NCBI GenBank assembly: GCA_043228905.1
Contig: JBHGNT010000005.1
Coordinates: 21,390,001 to 21,454,000, forward strand
Direction: 5' to 3'
Length of the DNA stretch: 64,000 nt
DNA from: Azolla caroliniana
Taxonomy: Eukaryota; Plantae; Polypodiophyta
This document shows positions 60,376 through 64,000 of this stretch, one piece after another. The notes below the pieces were generated by a model, which ran no database searches, was not told the origin of the DNA, and was given only the letters and a program-made list of their open reading frames with translations. Within the stretch, counting starts at the first letter, position 1. The number at the start of each line of letters is the position of its first letter. Both the position numbers and the translations under genes were made by a program.

Positions 60376-62728
60376 GTTGGGGGAGATGTTAAGCGTTGGG
60401 ATAACAACACAACCAGTCACGAATAAGAACGCATCAACAAGGACGTAGTACGACGAGGAAACGGCAAGAGGAAAGGAAAGCAAAGAGACGGCCAAATGTG
60501 AAAGGCCCATACCCTAAACGTGAAAGCTATATAAACCACATAGTAGTGGCTTTGTGGGGGTTCCCCCATTTGTAAAGATCTCCTACTGATTAGAGCTAGA
60601 GCTTCCTCTCCTCCTTCTTGTAACCTTTGAGCTTAAGAGAGATTAGTGAAGTGTTGAGTTAGAGAACACTAATCTCTCTCCTTGTTGGTGCAAGAACTCT
60701 TAGCAAAGAGGGTTAATAATAGACATACTCTTTCTTCTTATTGTCTATATCTATTAATCTATTGTCTATGAGAGAGAGCTTGAGAGAGTGAGAGAGATAT
60801 CGTGCTCGGAGGTATCCGACAACCATCTCCGCCCGATTCGCCATCAAGAGGGTATACGACGGTCTGAATCCCGCCACGACATCGAGGAGCTTACTCCATC
60901 GATACATAGATCCTTAACACTCGTTTTCGTCTCTGTTCCAGCGCCGTTCGACCACTTCGACCGCTCTCCGACCAGCGCTTTTCCGGCCTCTCGTCAGTCT
61001 TTGTCGGTGTCACCGTTCTGGCCATCGATCCGTCCTCATCTGGCCCGTTCTAGTCATCGTCCGGTCCATTCCGGCCAGTTTTCCAGCAGTCGGTTCGGTT
61101 GCTGTCCGGCTGCTCCCATCTCTGGCCATTTCGGTCTTGCTTTTCTCAAGCTTTCCACTGTTCGGCCTCTGTCCGGCAGACTCCATCTTGAGCCAGTGTC
61201 TCTCCGGTCTTCTTTCGGCGTCATCATTGTTGTTGTCGTCGCTGCAGCCCCTATCCAACCGTTTTGGATGTTGTCCGACCACTCCGACCACTTCTTGGTC
61301 GTCGTTCCGGTCGCTTTACGGCCGCTGTCTGGCTATTCCAGCCCCATCCGATCGTCAGTGTCTTTCTGGCCCTTCTACTGTCTGAGTTTGGCCATCCATC
61401 CGGTGTCTCATTTCATTTTGGACGTCTTTCGAGCTGTATCCGTCCGGTTCATTCCGTTCTTTTCCCGTTTCTTCTATCCGGACCGTTCCATCGTGTTTAT
61501 GTATTGTCTCCGGCCCCCGTCCGTGGCTTTCTACATCACATCGTCCCGTCCGACTTCTCCGTTTCTGGCTATGTTGAGTCTGTATCTTTGTATGTCGACC
61601 GCCCGTTTCCCACTGCCCATGGTCTTTGTGTGGCATCTCTATCGCAGTCGTCATCCATGTCTCTGTTTTTCCAGTAGTCTTCTTCTCTGTTTGGTGCCTC
61701 CAACTGTGTCTTTCCACTGCTGTTGGTTTCTCTGGTCGTCGATGTCTGGTTTGCGTTTGCATCTCTTCTTTGTCTTCTATGGTCCTTCGGTGTTAACCAA
61801 CTCCAGTTCTTGTTCCGATTCCGGTTCCGACTCTCTCCACCTTGTTTCTTCTGGAACCATTTCCCGTGCATTCTCAGCACATCCTGCCGGTCTCCGCTCC
61901 ACACACTGCGACTTTCTCCGTAGTCTCCCGGTGGGCTTCTCTTTCCGGTCGTGCTGGCACCGGTTCCCTCCGCGTTGTTGTTTGTCCAGTCATGCATCTT
62001 GCACCATGCTTTTGAGAACACGCACATTGTCGCTAACCGCTTTCGGAAACACACACATGGACACTAATCACAACCTCGCACAAACATTGTTGCCATTCAT
62101 GCATTCCTCCATAGACTTCCTCCAACATCTTCACCGTCATTTTCGCGTTTCGCCATTTCTTTAGAACACTTTTGGCGCTATGGCTTGCATCGCCGCGTAT
62201 CATTCTTCGACTCCGTCTCCAAAGGGGGGTCGCCTTAGTGGTCGCCAAAAGGTGTTGTACGTTTTAAGGGTTAGGGTTAACATTTATGATAAACGATTGA
62301 TGATAAGTGATTGAGAAGCATTACGGGGTGGGGGGTGGTGCCTAGAATGGCTCCACCCCCCGCCCAAGGGGGTTCAACGTAAGGGGAAGAAAGAGAGAGA
62401 GAGATGGAAAGAGAGAGATTGAGAGAGAAATGGTTATTCATGTTTCATTCATTCCCCATAAGGGGTTAAATAGTACAAGAGGGGGTAGATACATAGGGGT
62501 GTAAGCCCCCTCGAGCATTCATATTGGACACTCACTCACACCTCCTCGTATCCATCCACATGCACACACGTGTGCATGTGTTCACATATGTATAGACTCA
62601 CAATTACATTTATGCCCCCTACACATACACAACAACATCATGATAACATTCGACCCTCGCTCATCACACTTGCCTCTCCGTACATCTCGTACGGGGTAAC
62701 AACAACATTCATTGGTGCCTTTCTTGAA

Positions 62729-62973
62729 CATTGAGAGTCACTACTCACGTTCACATGAAATGTAATGTTTTTGGTCCCATAGGTAATAAAATCTATTTAT
62801 CTATCTATCTACATGCACACTAACTCTCTTTTGACACGTAATCAACGTTAACATTGAGAGTCACTACTCACGTTCACATGAAATGTAATGTTTTTGGTCC
62901 CATAGGTAATAAAATCTATTTATCTATCTATCTACATGCACACTAACTCTCTTTTGACACGTAATCAACGTTA
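62729..62973 (+). repeat. ~122-bp tandem duplication specific to copy 2
   Basis: ACATTGAGAGTCACTACTCACG...TAATCAACGTTA occurs twice here and once in copy 1 (~2151-2280). Confidence 0.9.
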
Positions 62974-63932
62974 GAAGGCTCTCTCAAATACTCCAATAAT
63001 CATTATTTAGTGGTGATTGTTTATCATTTCTTATTGGTTGAAAATACTTTGATTGTGCAAGTATATTGACATTGAAGTCTTAAGTCCACATTGTGCCATA
63101 ACTAGAAGATCGCATGCTCAAAATTTGTAGTTTTTGAATTTATGCCTACTATGTGACATTTGTTGTGTTCTTGTATTTTATTTTTTCTTCGATTTAGCTC
63201 AACATCACGCGGAGTTTTAAATTTTCTCACATAAAGTATGAACAATGTATTTACGCATAACTACAAAATATTCATATTTCAATCATCACATTGTGAATTA
63301 TGAATAATGTATGTAACATGCAAATCTAGTTGTGAGATATTCAAAAATGAACTTTAGAGATCAAACTCAAAAATGAACGATTTCATATACATCATTAATA
63401 AGACTCTACACATAGACATAAGATTGTGCATTCAAACTTGGTTTTGTCTTATCTCCATAGGAATGTGTGTAACATGTAGATTTAGATGATTCTTCATGCT
63501 CTAAGTTTGAGATAATTTAGAATGAGTGTTAGCTCATCCAAAACACCCTTTACTAATATCACTTTCCACAACCAAAATATTGAAATAGGTATCATCTTAT
63601 ATAAGGTGACGAGTTCAAATTTGCACAACTAGAAACCATTGGTATGAATCTAGTTTTGACGACCAATGATTACATCATCTTTTTAGTGATGACCATTTCA
63701 ATTTCACAAACTAGAAAAATTTCACATGAATTCATTTCAGACAACCAAGGCTAGAAAATGATAGCATTATTGAAAGGTCACAATAAAAAGAAACAATTAA
63801 GATTAGAATGGATATTTTTAGGTTCCTTATTCAAAATGGATCTCTTAATATACATAAGCATTCTTTTTTGTTTTTGTTAACCATATCATTATTAATGATT
63901 GTGACTCACATACGAATTTACTCAACCTTTAG

Positions 63933-64000
63933 GATGTAATTGAGGAATCAAAGAAGTATACAAATTGGAATATCTATTACACCAACATAACCAGACAAGC
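63933..64000 (+). CDS. Start of the terminal exon of the At3g26950-like gene, copy 2 (runs off the window)
   Basis: Acceptor CTTTAG, then DVIEESKKYTNWNIYYTNITRQ. Confidence 0.7.

Larger units (their letters stand above)
39843..60919 (+). mobile_element. Full-length Athila-like Ty3/Gypsy LTR retrotransposon (~15.1 kb of its own sequence plus a nested 5.9-kb element)
   Basis: 533-bp LTRs 39843-40375 and 60387-60919 (~9 mismatches by eye); TSD CTCGT at 39838-39842 and 60920-60924; tRNA-Asp-like PBS TGGCGCTGCTGCCGGGGAT from 40382; PPT at 60375-60386. Confidence 0.97.
38715..62701 (-). mobile_element. Large (~2.9 kb) solo-LTR-like element, copy 2, split by the 21-kb Gypsy
   Basis: Termini TGTTATTCC...GGGGTAACA; degenerate TSD GCAAT / ACAAC. 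The joined flanks match the empty homologous repeat at ~36645-36790 (GATTGCAGCATTCATTGG). Confidence 0.6.

Overview
Eukaryotic, plant nuclear DNA rich in transposons. The retroelement lineages and motifs suggest a fern or another non-seed vascular plant (inference). Host genes: an intronless SYP1-family Qa-SNARE syntaxin (16740-17762, -), a tRNA-Leu(CAG) (18234-18313), and pieces of two tandemly duplicated copies of a gene resembling the Arabidopsis At3g26950 / GT23-like family (exons 37691-38346 and 63933-end; a frameshifted last exon at 3180-3391). Positions 1-~3200 duplicate 39479-39842 plus 60925-~63953. The rest is nested retroelements: an L1 fragment, a deleted chromovirus, two Copia remnants, a truncated Athila-like Gypsy, and solo LTRs. 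The largest is a 21-kb Athila-like Gypsy (39843-60919). It carries palindromic repeat arrays and a ~1430-codon extra ORF with a PMD-like N-terminus behind a strong splice acceptor. Inside it sits a young, intact Tcn1-like chromovirus (41031-46965, -) with heat-shock elements in its LTR, a self-priming PBS, a -1 frameshift signal and a tRNA-like U3 segment. All homology calls come from motif recognition by eye; no searches were run.
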